Positions 13,037 to 25,902 of a stretch of DNA of 64,000 nucleotides are shown in pieces (positions within the stretch are counted from its first letter, which is position 1; each line of letters opens with the position of its first letter). Position numbers and translations under genes: made by a program. This stretch comes from Lama glama (lineage: Eukaryota), in NCBI GenBank assembly GCA_028534125.1, contig CM052818.1:124001-188000 (forward strand), written 5' to 3'. The notes under the pieces are model-generated. The model was not told the origin of the DNA, searched no databases, and saw nothing but the letters and a program-made list of their open reading frames with translations.

Positions 13037-16000
13037 AGGCAATCACCTCACGTACCACAACCTCACCTAACCTCTCACCCCGCTCTGATCCCCCCAACCC
13101 CGGGATGGCAGCGCCCGCCAGCCTTGCGGGCAGGACCACAGGACGCCAGCCCCGCCGTTAGCCTGTGGTACTAGGCCCGCCGAGGCCTGACCCCCGGAGC
13201 CGGGACCCACCGTGCAGCCAGCCGCCTGCCTAGGCTGAGGGGCCACTCCCTGCTCACGCCCGTGGGGAGGACGCTGCTGTCCCTGGGACTGGGGGCTGGA
13301 GGGGTGGGGGGCAGCCAGGGCGAGGAAGTTGGGACCAGTGTTGGGAAAAAAGAAGCGGGACCGGGTTCATGAGCGCCCCCTCCCTCCGTTTCCCCGCTCC
13401 TCCCAGGGTTTTAGGGGTCACAGTGAGGCGGGAAACCCCATAAAAAGACAGGCAGGACCCCTAAGCAGGGCCACTGCTCTCCTGCCAGCACCATCCAGTT
13501 CCCTGGACCAGAGGCTGTATCTCACTTTTTGCCTCTGAAACGGCTTACTTACCCCTAAAATACTATTGGTTCCCTGAGCTAACTTCTGATTGGTTATTTC
13601 CTTCACTCCTGATTGGTTATTACTCTCACTTCTGATTTGTCCACTTCCCCAACTTCTGATTGGTCCATTTGTAGTACTTCATTTGCATGGAGCTCACTCC
13701 TGATTGGTTACTTCTCTCACTCCTGATTGGTCCATTCCCCTCACTACTGATTGGTTATTTCTCTCACTCCTGATTGGTCTATTTCTACAAAGCTTGTTTC
13801 TGGTTGGCCAACTTCTGTTATACTTTATTTGCATATGATGTTGCAAAGTGTAAAACTGGCAGCCTATAAAGGCCTGTGTAAACGTACGGAGTCCAGAGTT
13901 TGGAGTGTCAATTGTTGTGAGTCTGCAGGTGTAGTAAGTCTGAGTTTTGTAACTTTCGGAGTGCTGCTTGGTTTTTCGCCCAGGTCCAAATTGCGGACAC
14001 TATTAAGCTGTCAGACATTTTTTTGCAACAGGAGCAGAGCGTGCCCATCCGGGAGGTGGATGAATGTGGGAGAAAACGGAGAACATGAACGATCGTGTAC
14101 AACTTGGACACGTCGCAGGGGCTGATGGGGCAAATCCAAACTCAGCTGGCTTACCCCCCTGCGGGAGAAAAGCTAAGTCAGAAGCCTGAGAAGGAGCCCT
14201 GGAGAAGCAGTGGGGCTGCCAACCACAATCAGCTGGACAGCTGCAAAGAAGGTGAGGATCTCTTGTGCTGTGACCACTGCCCGGCCACCTGGCATCTTCA
14301 GAGCTGTGATTCTCCATTGGGTGAAGAGATGTTGCCTCCTGGGGAGTGGATGTGTGTTACCGATGCACTGTGTTTGCAGGAAGAAACGAGAGCAGAAAAA
14401 GGAGTTCGGCCATGCGAATGGTCTGATGGACAAATCTGGCAAACGGGACTTTATCCTCCTGCAGTAACACTGACTCGTTAGACACATCATCTAACAAAAC
14501 TGAACTTAAGGCCATTGCCCGTGCCCGGATCTTGGAGAGGAGAGCCAGCCAGCCTGGCATGCCCACATCCAACGCCAGTACAGAGACCCCTACCTCTGAG
14601 CAGAATGACGTGGATGAGGAACCAGCGGCAGCAGAGCCGGACTATGTGCAGCCCCAGCTAAGGCAGGCCTTTGAGCCGCTGACTGCTGCCGCCATGGGGG
14701 CAGAATCCCACCCAGTTTCAGTTGCCCAGTGAACTGATTTGCACCACTGCACTACCAGGTTCTAGCAAGAGAAGAAGAAAGGAGGAATCCGCAGGAGAAA
14801 ACATTAAGAAGACACAGCGTGAGTTAGATCATAATGGGCTCACCCCCCTACCAAAGTTCGCTTCACCTGTAACAGGAGTTGCCGCATGGTTCCTCTCATC
14901 CAGTGACTGTTGTCCCCTCCTGTTCCACATGGACTGCCTCGAGCCACCGCTTGGTGTCATGCCCCTGGGCAGATGGATGTGTCCAAATCACAACGAACAT
15001 GTGGTGCTCAACTGGAAGAACACGACGCGGAGCAAACAGTGCCAGGTGTTTTACCGTTTCAAGGACACCATTTCGCAGCACGTTGTAAAAATGGACTTCC
15101 TGAGCCGAATCCACAAGCACTCTCCCAACCGCCACGTGCTCCAGTCGGTGAAAAGAAGCTTGAAGGTTCCTGATGCTATAAAATCTCAGTACGTTTCCAC
15201 TCCTCTCATTGCACCCGCCGCCATTCGGGATGGGGAGCTGATCTGCAGTGGGATGCCTGAGGAATCACAGTCGCACCTTTTGAACTCTGAGCACTTAGCC
15301 ACTAGGCAGAGCAGCAAGACTGACTCTGGTGGTGGTGCGCTCCAGTGCAGCATATTGAAACATTTATCTGCTAAGCAGATGCCTTCGCATTGGGACTCTG
15401 AACAGACAGAGAAGGCTGATACTAAGCTTGTTACTGTGACTGATAGGGTCAATCACCAACTCCCTGCAAACCGCTGACAAGGCACCTACACTTTTCCTTT
15501 ATCGCGGGCCCTACTCCTCAGGGGTTAGCAGCTGGAACTCCCTGAGCTGCTCTCCACTCCCAACCCTGGAGGACATCAGCTGCAGTTCTTGTGCGGAAAA
15601 ATCCAAGAAAGCCCCCTGTGGGGCTGCCAACGGGCCAGTGAGCACAGAGGGGAAAGCCAACGGCCCACACCTCTACAGCAGCCCCACTGATCCCACGGAC
15701 GCCCGGCGACTTCCAGGCGCCAACACCCCACTTCCAGGTCTCTCCCACTGGCAAGGCTGGCCCTGGCCCCTCATGCCACCAGCGGCTGGGAGGCTTCAGA
15801 ACCACACCGTCGGTATCATTGTGAAGACAGAATGCCACTTGCCCCAGGTTTTGCCACCAGAGGAGTTTGGTTCCTGTCCCAAGCCTGCCCCCTTCCATTC
15901 CCAACTCTTGTGCCAGCATGGAGAACACCAGCACTTTGCAAAGAAAGACTGTCCGATCACAGGATCTCTGCTGACAGATTCAAAGCCACTAGGCTCACCC

Positions 16001-17938
16001 CCAAATGCCACCCGGGTGCTCACTCCCCACCAAGCTGCGGGAGATGGTAACTTGGCCACAGGAGGCAACCAGTGATTCTGCTCACCAGCGCCATCATCAG
16101 GTGGCAAGGTCAGCCCAGCACATTATCCATAGGAAGCGCTTTAACTGTACGTATCCTCTTTTTCAGCCAACTCTACTGCCATGGTGGACCTCGAAAACTG
16201 AGCATTTATGGATGTCAGTGGAGAAATCGAGATAAATATGTTGGACTAGAAGCTGATCAAGTTTCTGGCCTTGCAGAGAATAATACATCAGCTTTTCCCC
16301 TGCCGGGTCCAAGCTTCACCAGGCAGTGTCGCGGCATATCCACTGGCTTCTGGAGGGGGCACCACAGAGAATCGCAGAGGAAGGAGGTCCAGGCCGGAGC
16401 TGTGTTCTACCCTTTCTTAGGGTTGGTAGGAGCTGTGAACATGTGCTATCAAACCCTCTACTTCAGGACAGGAGCTGACGTGGACGTGTGCCTCACAAAC
16501 TACGGTCACTGTAACCACGTGTCCGGGAAAGGCACTTGCATGCTCTACGATGAGAATACCAAACATTATGAGCTGGTAAACTACAGTGAGCGTGGGACAG
16601 CGGTGGACGGTGAGTGTGCTGTATTCATGTGACTTACCTGAGAAGACCCCGCCAACACCCCCCCCCCACCAAGCAGTATTGTTGCCAAAGTGCAGAGGGT
16701 CATCAGGCGCGGCCAGCACCAGAAACAGGATGAAGAGCCAAGTGAGGAGGCAGCCATGATGAGCTCCCAGGCCCGGGGCTGCAGCCGGGCCCCTGCAACT
16801 GCAAAGCCAGCAGCCCGAGCTTGACGGGGGGGCAGTGGGGCCGGCTGGGAAGGCACGGCCTTGCTGCACCACGGCAGCTACATCAAGCTGGGGTGCCTGC
16901 ACTTTGTCTTCAGCATCACTGAGTTTGCAACCACACAGCCCCAAAGGGAGGCTGGCCTGCTGCAGGTTGGGGTCTTGGCCGAGAATCTCTCTCTCAAGCC
17001 CCACCAGGGCCCTGTGCTGTGCTCCAACTCCGTTCCCTCGGACTGGCAGCTACCCCATCCCACACCTGTCTACCCAACCCAAGACTCCTGCAATACAAAA
17101 ATGTACACAAACCAAGCATGGGGTTTCTCTATACTCCACCAGAAACCCTTCAACTACAATCACTGCATGAAGTGAAGAAAACCTTTTGACTGTTTTTTAA
17201 AAATCCTTTTTCTTTCCTTAAGTTCTAGGGGGCATTTGCACATATATTTGTACCCAGCGTTTCATGGGAAAGCGGCAGATAGAGCTGAGGAACAGCGTGG
17301 CAGGGAGGGGAAGGCCAATGGTCTGGACACAAAACCGTTCCCCACCCACCTCCTGCTCCCTCCGTTGTAAAAGAATCGGTAACTTGTTCTAGTTTGTGGC
17401 AGTGACAATAGTTTTATATTAAAAGAAAAAGGTACAGTTCTCATACAGCAAAATCTATACAATATCATTGTTTTATTTAATAAAAAGATCGCTACCCATG
17501 GCTCCCCCCCTCCAGGTGATTCTCCCTTTCTGCAGCGATTGCACTACAGGGAGCTACTGTGTATTACGGACAAATGAGAACTGGATTCTTTTTCTGGCTG
17601 TGCATCTATTTTATTTCAAATAAGGAAAATGTATTTGGATTTTGTGGAAATACATCTAGTAATGACATTTTTTCAATGTTTTTAAAAACTGTGTACAGTA
17701 CTACATGTACTACGTGTTCTTCAAATTGTCTATTGTAGCAAAAACGTTTTTGTCGTAAACCTGTTTTGTCTCCTTTTTTGTTCTCCTGCCACTCCTCTCC
17801 TCTTCCTCCCACCCCCGGTTCCCTCCTCCTCTCCCACCCCCGGAACTAGTACCAATGTACATAGTAATTGTAATGTTTTAGACTTTACAGAAACTTTCCT
17901 GTATTCTGCATATGAAAAAACAAAGACTTCAAAAAAAA
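13037..17938 (+). pseudogene. PHF12: PHF12 processed pseudogene: 5'UTR, disabled CDS ~14064-17040, 3'UTR, A-tail; 5'UTR interrupted by an LTR
   Basis: Intronless. MWEK start, two PHD fingers ([24 protein letters not shown]...WMCPNH), FHA-like C-terminus ([19 protein letters not shown]...NSVP). Many frameshifts and stops; A-run 17931-17938. Confidence 0.95.
13424..14030 (+). mobile_element. Solo ERV LTR (ERV1-like) inserted in the PHF12 retrocopy 5'UTR
   Basis: TG...CA ends; homologous to 34566-35100; CCAAT array, octamers 13681 and 13827, TATA 13865. Confidence 0.88.
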
Positions 17939-19530
17939 TTTTTTATAAAATACTTTGCTTAGTGAATGCTTTATAATAAGCATATTTATATAATTAAAAA
18001 ACCAATAAACTTTTTTTACCCCCCAAGGACACGCACATTGGGTGTGCATGCAAAACTCATTCCAGGATCATTAGGATGAGTGGCTTTTCTCCTAAAGTGG
18101 TTTAAGTTTGTGATTCAAGGCTGCTTCCCAGCTCACCCTCACCTCCCTGAAAAGCTAGATTCGTCTGTTCTGCCTGGTCTCTTCTCTGAAGGAGAGCCCC
18201 AGGTCCATGGGTTCCAGAAAGGCCTGATCTGGGCCAGATTCCACGGGTGACTGTTGCCCCTGGCGTCATCACCTGCACATCGTCCTAGCCCCATCCTAGC
18301 TGTTTGCAAAGGATTCCCAACCCTCTAAGGCTGTCCACCTTGGCTGAAGCTGAGAAGGCTCTTCCTTGCAGGCATCAGCAGAAGTCTTGTCTCCTCAATA
18401 GGTGGGTTTGGGGATCACTCTGGCAACGTCAGGCCTCCATATGCCAAGCTTCTTTGCCCCACTTCTGGGCTGAAGGTCATGGTCAGAGAGCATGCCAAGT
18501 CCAATAGCCTCAAGCCCTGTACTTGCTGCCATTGCCCAGCTCTATGTGGGGCATCTGGTCCAGTTTCTGACTCTTCGCTGTGCACCCTGGACATTATAAG
18601 GAGGCCTCTGCTTGGTCTCAATGCCTGCAAGCAAGAGGACTTGATTTGCTATCTCCCTAGTTCAGTTGAGTCATAACCTAGAAGCCCCTCCCCTGGAGCC
18701 TCTTCTGCCTCATACTCACCCTGCACCCCACCAGCTTCCCTCCTGGTCCAGAACCCACCACACCATCAGAGGGTTTTCAGGTCAGCTCTATAAAGCTGAC
18801 CATCCTCACTCAAGCCTGAAGCAATCCCTTCAAACCGCTACACCGATGGAGTAGTGAGTGATCAAGACCCAGGGTAACTCAATAGACTGACATCACACTG
18901 GTGTTGAGTATCTTGGGAATTCTTTTTAAAAGATTGCCATAATCGATCCTCATCTCCGCAGAATTGGCTCCCTATCAGTCTGAACCAGGAAGTAACATAC
19001 AAATACAAATGCCTTCAAATAGATTTGCTTTGAACTTAGTTAACTCTATACTCATTTCTGCCTAGCTTGGTTATTTGATTTCTGACTCCATAATATTTGA
19101 GAAAAGCAAACTAGGAAAGGGGAAAGCAGTAGCTATAAGGCAGGCATCAGGGAGTTACAGCCCAAGAATGATCACATGTAAGAGTTGGAAAAATGTGAGC
19201 CCTCAGCAGGAGGAAGCCAGCAGCCCTGTGTATCTGATATTACCATAGAGCACAATAATGGATGCTTGTAACATAGCCCCGAGTCTCCCACAAACATGGG
19301 TCACATTCAGCATCCTCCCCAAGGCCACCTAGGTGTTTGCAAAGAACTCCCAGACTTCTGAAGGCTGCCCACCTTGCCCAAATTTGAGAGGGCTCCTCTT
19401 CATGGCGTATCCATCAGCAGCTTTTGCACAACCACACTGAAGCAGCATGGGTCAGTTCTCATCATCTGGATGACTATTCTCGGAAACCAATCCAAATTTT
19501 TATTGTTGATAGTTATATACTGATACATTT

Positions 19531-19693
19531 TTTTAAAGTTTATTTATTTCTTATTGTATTATTTAATTAATTTATTTTGGTGTAGGCGGAGGTAATTAGG
19601 TTTGTTTATTTTTGGAGGAGGTACTGGGGGTTGAACGCAGGACCACGTGCTTGCTGAGCATGCGCTCTATCACTTGAGATATGCTCTTCCCCC
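19531..19693 (-). mobile_element. tRNA-derived SINE
   Basis: 14-bp TSD atactgatacattt (19517 and 19694). Confidence 0.92.
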
Positions 19694-20319
19694 ATACTGA
19701 TACATTTAAAGCACAAATAATGTTATTTTGCTGTATATGTGCTAGTGTCTAGAACTAGACAATGAAGGGGAAAGAAAGCCGGACTGATTAACTGTTAATG
19801 ACTTGGGTTTTCCGGTTAACTTGGCTTTCCTTATCTGTACAGTGGAGTATATAACACCTGCCTGAAGCACGTCAAAAGGTCACTGTGAAGATAGGACGGC
19901 TGTGTGAAAGTCCCATCTACAGAAAGGAATAAGGAATGTGTTTTACCGCAGTAATTTCTCTTATCAAGATTGAGTCATGGATTCAAAGAACAAGAAGAAG
20001 GAAAGTTACAAGTACATAATACTCAAGGTTAGAGATTAAAGTATATCTGGCAGACAGATAATTGATTCAGAATTGGGCACTGCTCGGAGCGGACTTCATT
20101 AGGAATACGTGGGTCTCTGGGAAATAGCGACACCTACTGTAGCCCGCCTGATACTGTAACTGACCTGGAAAGCCGGAAGCCTTCAAACCTGTCATGACTG
20201 GTGTATAATTTTAGTCAGGCACCAGATACTATTACAAAAAAATTAAAATTAAAAAACGGCCATATAGTATTTTCCTTGGAAAAAAATCACAATTTTCTTC
20301 CATTTAAAAGTAACTGCTT

Positions 20320-20445
20320 GGGGAAGGGTATAGCTCAGTGGTAGAATGCATGCTTAGCACGCAGAAGGTCCTGGGTTCAATCCCCAGTAACTCCACTGAA
20401 AAAAAAAAAAAAAGTAAGTAAACAAAAAAAAAACCCTAATTTTAA
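20320..20445 (+). mobile_element. tRNA-derived SINE
   Basis: TSD aaaagtaact; A-rich tail. Confidence 0.9.
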
Positions 20446-20509
20446 AAAAGTAACTTCTATTATTTTTCATTCAAATTTGATGCATATTAATTGTAGAAAA
20501 ATTTTAAAA

Positions 20510-20712
20510 CAAAATATATAAAATATATAAACAAGTTTATACTGTATAGCACAGGGAAATATATTCAATATCTTGTAGTAGCTCATGGTGAAAAAGAATA
20601 TGAAAATGAATATATGTATGTTCATGTATGACTGAAAAATTGTGCTTTACACTGGAAATTGACACAACATTGTTAATTGATTATAACTCAATAAAAAAGA
20701 AAGGAAAAAGAA
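20510..20712 (+). mobile_element. Short L1 3' end
   Basis: 3'UTR homology, aataaa and A-tail. Confidence 0.85.
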
Positions 20713-20941
20713 AATATAATCTAGTAACAACATTTAACACTTTGGATCCACTGGCACCACCATCTTCACCATCATTCTTCATTCTTCTCCTTCTTCCCCT
20801 CCCCACCTCCAAAAAAAACAGTAAATCAAAAATAAAATCTCTCATCAGGGATAATCATTGCTAATAGCTTGGTGTGTGTCATTCCATATTTGTGTGGTAG
20901 TGGAAATATATGCCTATTACAAACAATAATGATGTACTGAT

Positions 20942-21437
20942 TGTCACTGCTCTCCAGCCAAAGATCACCAGCAAGTGGTTGCGCTTGACACTCTGCAGTG
21001 AGGGAGAAGGCACAAGGCATGGAAGTGCGGGCTGTTTCAGTAGGAGGCTGTTAGGAAGAACCTACAACACTTACGCTCTCGTGCTAGGTGGTTTGCAGCG
21101 GGGTTTAAGGAAGCAGGGCTTCGCTCGAGATGGGATGTTGCCAGGAAGCAGCGTAATTCTATGCTTGGGTACCCTAATAAATATCACCTGGAAGGAGAGC
21201 TGACTAAAGCTGGTGAGGAATAGGTAAAGAAGTAGCAGTCACTTCTCTTAGCAGGGACAGGGAGATGCTTGGTCATTTCTGTGATTTGGACAATGTTCTA
21301 GTTTCGTCTGTGTGCAGACATCATGATGGAGTGGTCTTGTTTTTGTCTCACTCCATTCATCGCCAAGCGCCCTTACTGGATGTCGGTGCTGTGAAACAGG
21401 AGAACTAGTGTGATGCCAGGCCAGCTCCTAGCTCTCA
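20942..21437. mobile_element. Ancient ERVL-type LTR (family not assigned)
   Basis: Resembles recalled eutherian ERVL LTR consensus (ggtttaaggaagcagggct...gccaggccagctcctag). Confidence 0.55.
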
Positions 21438-22179
21438 GGTGCTGCTCTTTTCTTTAAGATTTTTTTCCCTTTCTTAAGACTTAACAATGTTGTGGACATT
21501 TTTTCAACTCAATATTGGGTCTAATTTAACCAAATTTCTCTTGTTGAATAATTGTATTTTTTCTAATATTTTTGGCTTATAATTAATACTAAAACAAAAA
21601 CTTTAAGAATACATCTTTGCACACGTATACTCATTTCTTTAAAATAAATTTTCAGAAGTGTAATTATTGAGTCAAATGATATGTACATTTTAAAGTTTTT
21701 GATAGATGTCACCAGACGCCTTCTGTAGTTTGTGCTAATTTCACTTCCAACTCTAGGACAGAATACTCAATTCCCCGCAAACCCTTGTCAGCACGAAGTA
21801 TCATCCATCATTTTTTTAACCTTTGCCAGTTTCAGAGATAGAAATACATCTTGTTTTTTTTAAAGCTTTATTATATAAACTTGGAGACACAAAAAAGACC
21901 TTGTAAGGCATATATAGGTCCCACTAGACTACACTAAACTAGACCATCTCAGCAGCTTCAGGGGATTCCAATTAGCGGTACAAAGCCTCTTCGTTGGTGT
22001 CTCAAGTCTGTCTCTCAAGCTGCCAGTTAAGAAGAGATGTAAGCAGAACGAGGTGTCTACAGCTTGCTTGCAATTTGGGACACACCTTCACAATAGTGCT
22101 TTTCAAAGTGTCTGGTTATCTGCTCGCTCATCAGCCTCCCCACTGAATTAAGAGCTTCAAGGGGGCAGGGACTATGTCT

Positions 22180-22557
22180 CGCTTTTTTTTTTCCCTCCAA
22201 TTTTCTAAACTGTGGTAAAATACACATAACATGAAACTTACCATCTTAACCATTTTTAAGTGTAGAGTTCGGTGGTGTTAAATACATTCATAAGACTGTG
22301 CAACCATCACCACCATCCATTTCTAGACCTCTTTCCACCTTGTAAAACTGAAACCATATATCTAATTAAACAGTGAACCCCCTATTCCTCTCACCCCCCC
22401 AGCCCACCACCATTCTACTTACTGTCTCTGTGAATCTGACCACTCTTAGTACCTCCTATTCTTGGAATCAGACAGTATTTCTGTGACTGGCTTATTTCAC
22501 TTATCAGAATGTCCCCAAGGCTAATCCATGTTGTAGCACGTCAGAACCTTCTTTTCT
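22180..22557 (-). mobile_element. Older L1M 3' fragment
   Basis: Typical L1MA/MB 3'UTR reverse complement (accatcttaaccatttttaagtgta...). Confidence 0.75.
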
Positions 22558-23226
22558 AAGTAGTGTAAGAAATAAGTTGTTTTATACCACTAAGAATATG
22601 GGGTTGTATGTTACTGCAGCATAACAAAGCCTGTCCTGACTAGTACAGCAAAAAATATCCAAAAGAACAAGAACTTATCTAGCAAAGCTCCTAAGGGTAG
22701 CTTTGTCCTAAACCTTTGTAGAAGTAGCACGTGGCCCCCTTGGTTTGTCAACTAGGACCCTACAGGTTCACATGTCCTTCTTTCTAAGGACAGTTACTTG
22801 GGAATTACAGGGTGATCACAATTTTTGGTAAGCTACAGTTTTGTAATGAAACTGGACAAATTGCCTCAATGCAGTAGATCAGAGAGGTGATGGGTTTTGA
22901 ATCTGAGAAAAGATGAATTTGGTGGACATGTTTGGGGACATGCTACATTAGGGGGAATGGCTCCTGCAAAGGGCTGGAAGAAGGCCCTCTTTCTTCATTT
23001 CAGACTAGTGGTCACTCAACCCTGTCTACAGTCAGTTCTGCTCTCTCAACCTTTGGGCCAGTTCATAATGCAGGTGCTCTGGACTCAGCTAATTTTTAGA
23101 AATGCTGGTATTATAGTACACAGGAATTTTTCTCCACAAACTCATAGGTTCAAAATACTATTTTATTTCTATAGATCAAGTTAACCTGGTTCTGAGTTCC
23201 CAGTTACTTCAGCGGGAAAATATTCT

Positions 23227-23287
23227 ATCTCAGCCATCTTGGGGATGGCCATCCTTCATCTCAGCCATCTTGGGGATGGCCATCCTT
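23227..23287 (+). repeat. Perfect 30-bp tandem duplication (period 31)
   Basis: atctcagccatcttggggatggccatcctt twice. Confidence 0.95.
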
Positions 23288-25896
23288 GACCCTAGAACCG
23301 AGTATGAATTCAGGGCACTCGTGCAGCTCCCAGCAAAGGGAAGAAACTGGTTCCTATGATTGTGGATGAGAAGCTGACCATCCCAGTCCACACAAAGGAT
23401 AGGCAGCTCCATCCTTCCACACCAAAGCATGGGGACACCTCCCCATGTCTTCATGGCCATGCCTGTCTTCAGCATTCATACCTCCTATCCCACCAGAGTT
23501 TGGGTAACTTCTGGAGGAGCTGCATGGAGGCAGGGCACAGTTCTCTATCACTTAAAGAACAAAACTGCCATCTGTACTTTCTCCTCAGGGAAAGGCCACC
23601 TCTGCCTCCTCACTTCTTGTAAAGGAAGGAACAGAAGCTTACCTAACACCCATGACTACGCGTGTCTTGAAAGGAGAGTGCTGAGAAGGCGTGCCAAGTC
23701 TGTGCATTTTGGGGCTTGGAGGGGAGAATTCCAGCGAGGCCATCTAAGGAGGTTAGAACCCGTCGCCTGACAGATACGAAGCAAGCCTGCAAAGGCCTGA
23801 AGCTGGGCTTTTCCCATGAGTTCTCTTCCTCCACCTCTGACCAGGGAGGTCTAATCAGTCTCAACCAATAACCTTCAGAGAGTCCTTGGAGTGGACCTCA
23901 GCCCCAGGAGAATTTTATTCGCAGCCTCCTCAACCCAAAGGCCTTGCCTGAAGCTGACGGTGGGTGGCAGGCTGGTCTTTGGATCCGGCATCAGTTGCTG
24001 ACTCCTCCTGCCCCAGTCATAGTTCCAAGTGCAGGTGGTGAAAGACTCTAGCTCGTGGCTCAGCGCTGCCAAGCCTTGGACACCACGACAGGGGTGCCAA
24101 CTCTGACACAGGTGAGGGGCACCATGCCCACCAGCGGGCAGATCTGGATTTATCTGCAGCCCTAAACCCCAGGCCCAGTGCGTCTAGGAAAAACACCAGT
24201 CCCGTGGGCTGGGAACCCTTGGGAAAAAGAGAGGAAGAGAACTCCTGTTTCGTACTATTTCTCCCCAGGACCTGTGGCAGCCCTCTGAAAGACCCCTCAT
24301 CGTGGCCCTTCCAGGCACCCCTGGCTCCACCTAACATGCTCAGGGAGCCAGAGCGCCCTCTGAAGGGCTTGTGCTTCCCTCCCTCAGCCAGGACCTGGTG
24401 CTTTACATCCAGCCAGACGGCCTGCTCTGCGACCACAGCTGCTGTCTCCTGGCCACACAAATTGCCATGTCACAGAGAGGTCTGTCCCTGGGCCGCATAA
24501 GGGAGAATTTAAAAACTGCAGAAAAATCTCTTACTGATTTTATTGCTAGTTTTTCCTCCAATTGGTGAAAGGGATCTTTAAGAATTCCAACTTCGGCTCT
24601 GCTACAGCCAAAAAGGCAAGCCCTATCCCCACACCCTTGAGACAGGATCTCTGCGTAGTTGACCAAGAAAGGTCTCTTGTAACCATGACTGCCCCCCTCT
24701 GACTGGGGCAGAGTAGCCAGGAGGGACAGGGCCAAGCAGATACCAAAAGGAGGTTTTCCTGCCATCGCTGGGGCCGCCTTGCGGGGTTGCTGGCGAAAGG
24801 GAGGGAAGTCAGGAGACTCCTGGGAATGGATGTGAGTCTTCCTCCTGTTGGGTTAGGGCCAGTGATGTGGTGGAATCTGCTTGGTTCCTAAGAGCCAACA
24901 GTGAGCATCTCTGTCTGGCTCTATTTTCAGTAAGGTCATGTGGGTGGCAGCAGACCACTTCTTAGGCGTGACAAGCTAAGAGTCACAATTTATGGCCCAG
25001 GGACCAGAGCCAAAAAACAGAGGAGAATTTAAGAGTGAGGACCAGTTAGTGAGCAATCTTTAGAGTCGGCAGTTAAACACAAACAAGAGCCCCTTCCCCC
25101 ACCTTCCCGCTGGCTGCTTTGAGGTATGAGAGCCCGTCGGGTCTCTGGTTGCCAGAATCCTCACAAGTCTACCTGCAAAAACCCTGCACCTTCCTCAGCT
25201 CCCTTATCCACGGATCCTCCCCCATCCCACCCACCTCCCCACCCACCACAGCACAGAGATAATGCAGTCAGTTATTCACGCTATGTCCTTGGTTCCACAC
25301 TTCCATGCTATCACTTCTCTTGGGGCTTGAACTTCCCGCAGCCTAAGATGTGGCTCTCCTCCCTTCAAGCCTGTTTCCATCCTTCCTCAGTCTTCCTACC
25401 TTCCTCATCCCATCTTCCTCCAACCAGAGCCACTGTCCAGGGACCAAATGCCCCACATCCATGGTGATCTGGTCTCCCCACTCCTTTTCTTAGAAAACTC
25501 TTTCCCCAGAGCCCCCAGGCCCCTCCGAAGTCTCCCATTTCCCCTTCCTCTCCCAAAATGAAACTGACTTATCCCCTCAAGAGAGTGGAGGGATGTGAGG
25601 ATAAACCAAAGAACGTGGAGTCTTCCTCTGCGCCTGCGTAGAAAGACGAACCAGGTCACTAAAAGCAGACACATCTGAGGATTCTAAAACCCACAGGCCC
25701 TGCCTCCCAAAGCCTAGACACTGGCAGCTAAGGTCTGACAGAGATGACCCAGGACACGATGTCTGTGTGAGGCAACGACCCCCCTCCCATCAAATGGGGC
25801 TTAAAGTGACTGCGTGTGTCATGGCTATCAGATGGGGTAAGCTATATGATTCCGGCCAATTTTTACAATAACAGCCTCTGCTGAAATAGACAGTGC

Positions 25897-25902
25897 TTTA
25901 TT
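25897..25902 (-). terminator. SEMA4F: Candidate SEMA4F polyadenylation signal AATAAA (3'UTR ~1.7 kb)
   Basis: First minus-strand AATAAA I found downstream of the stop (tttatt on +); usage not demonstrated. Confidence 0.5.

Noticed and set aside
13586..13780. CRISPR-like array or DUX sites
   Set aside because: Head-to-tail repeats without unique spacers inside a mammalian LTR; the TGATT-TTA spacing fits NF-Y, not DUX4.
14722..15477. 251-aa ORF as a functional PHF12 retrogene
   Set aside because: It starts at TTG and drifts in and out of the PHF12 frame; the surrounding CDS has many frameshifts.
20320..20396. tRNA-Ala-like sequences (also at 10700, 11861, 19620, 40050, 47976) as tRNA genes
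   Set aside because: They carry SINE tails, A-tails and TSDs, and the stems are degenerate.
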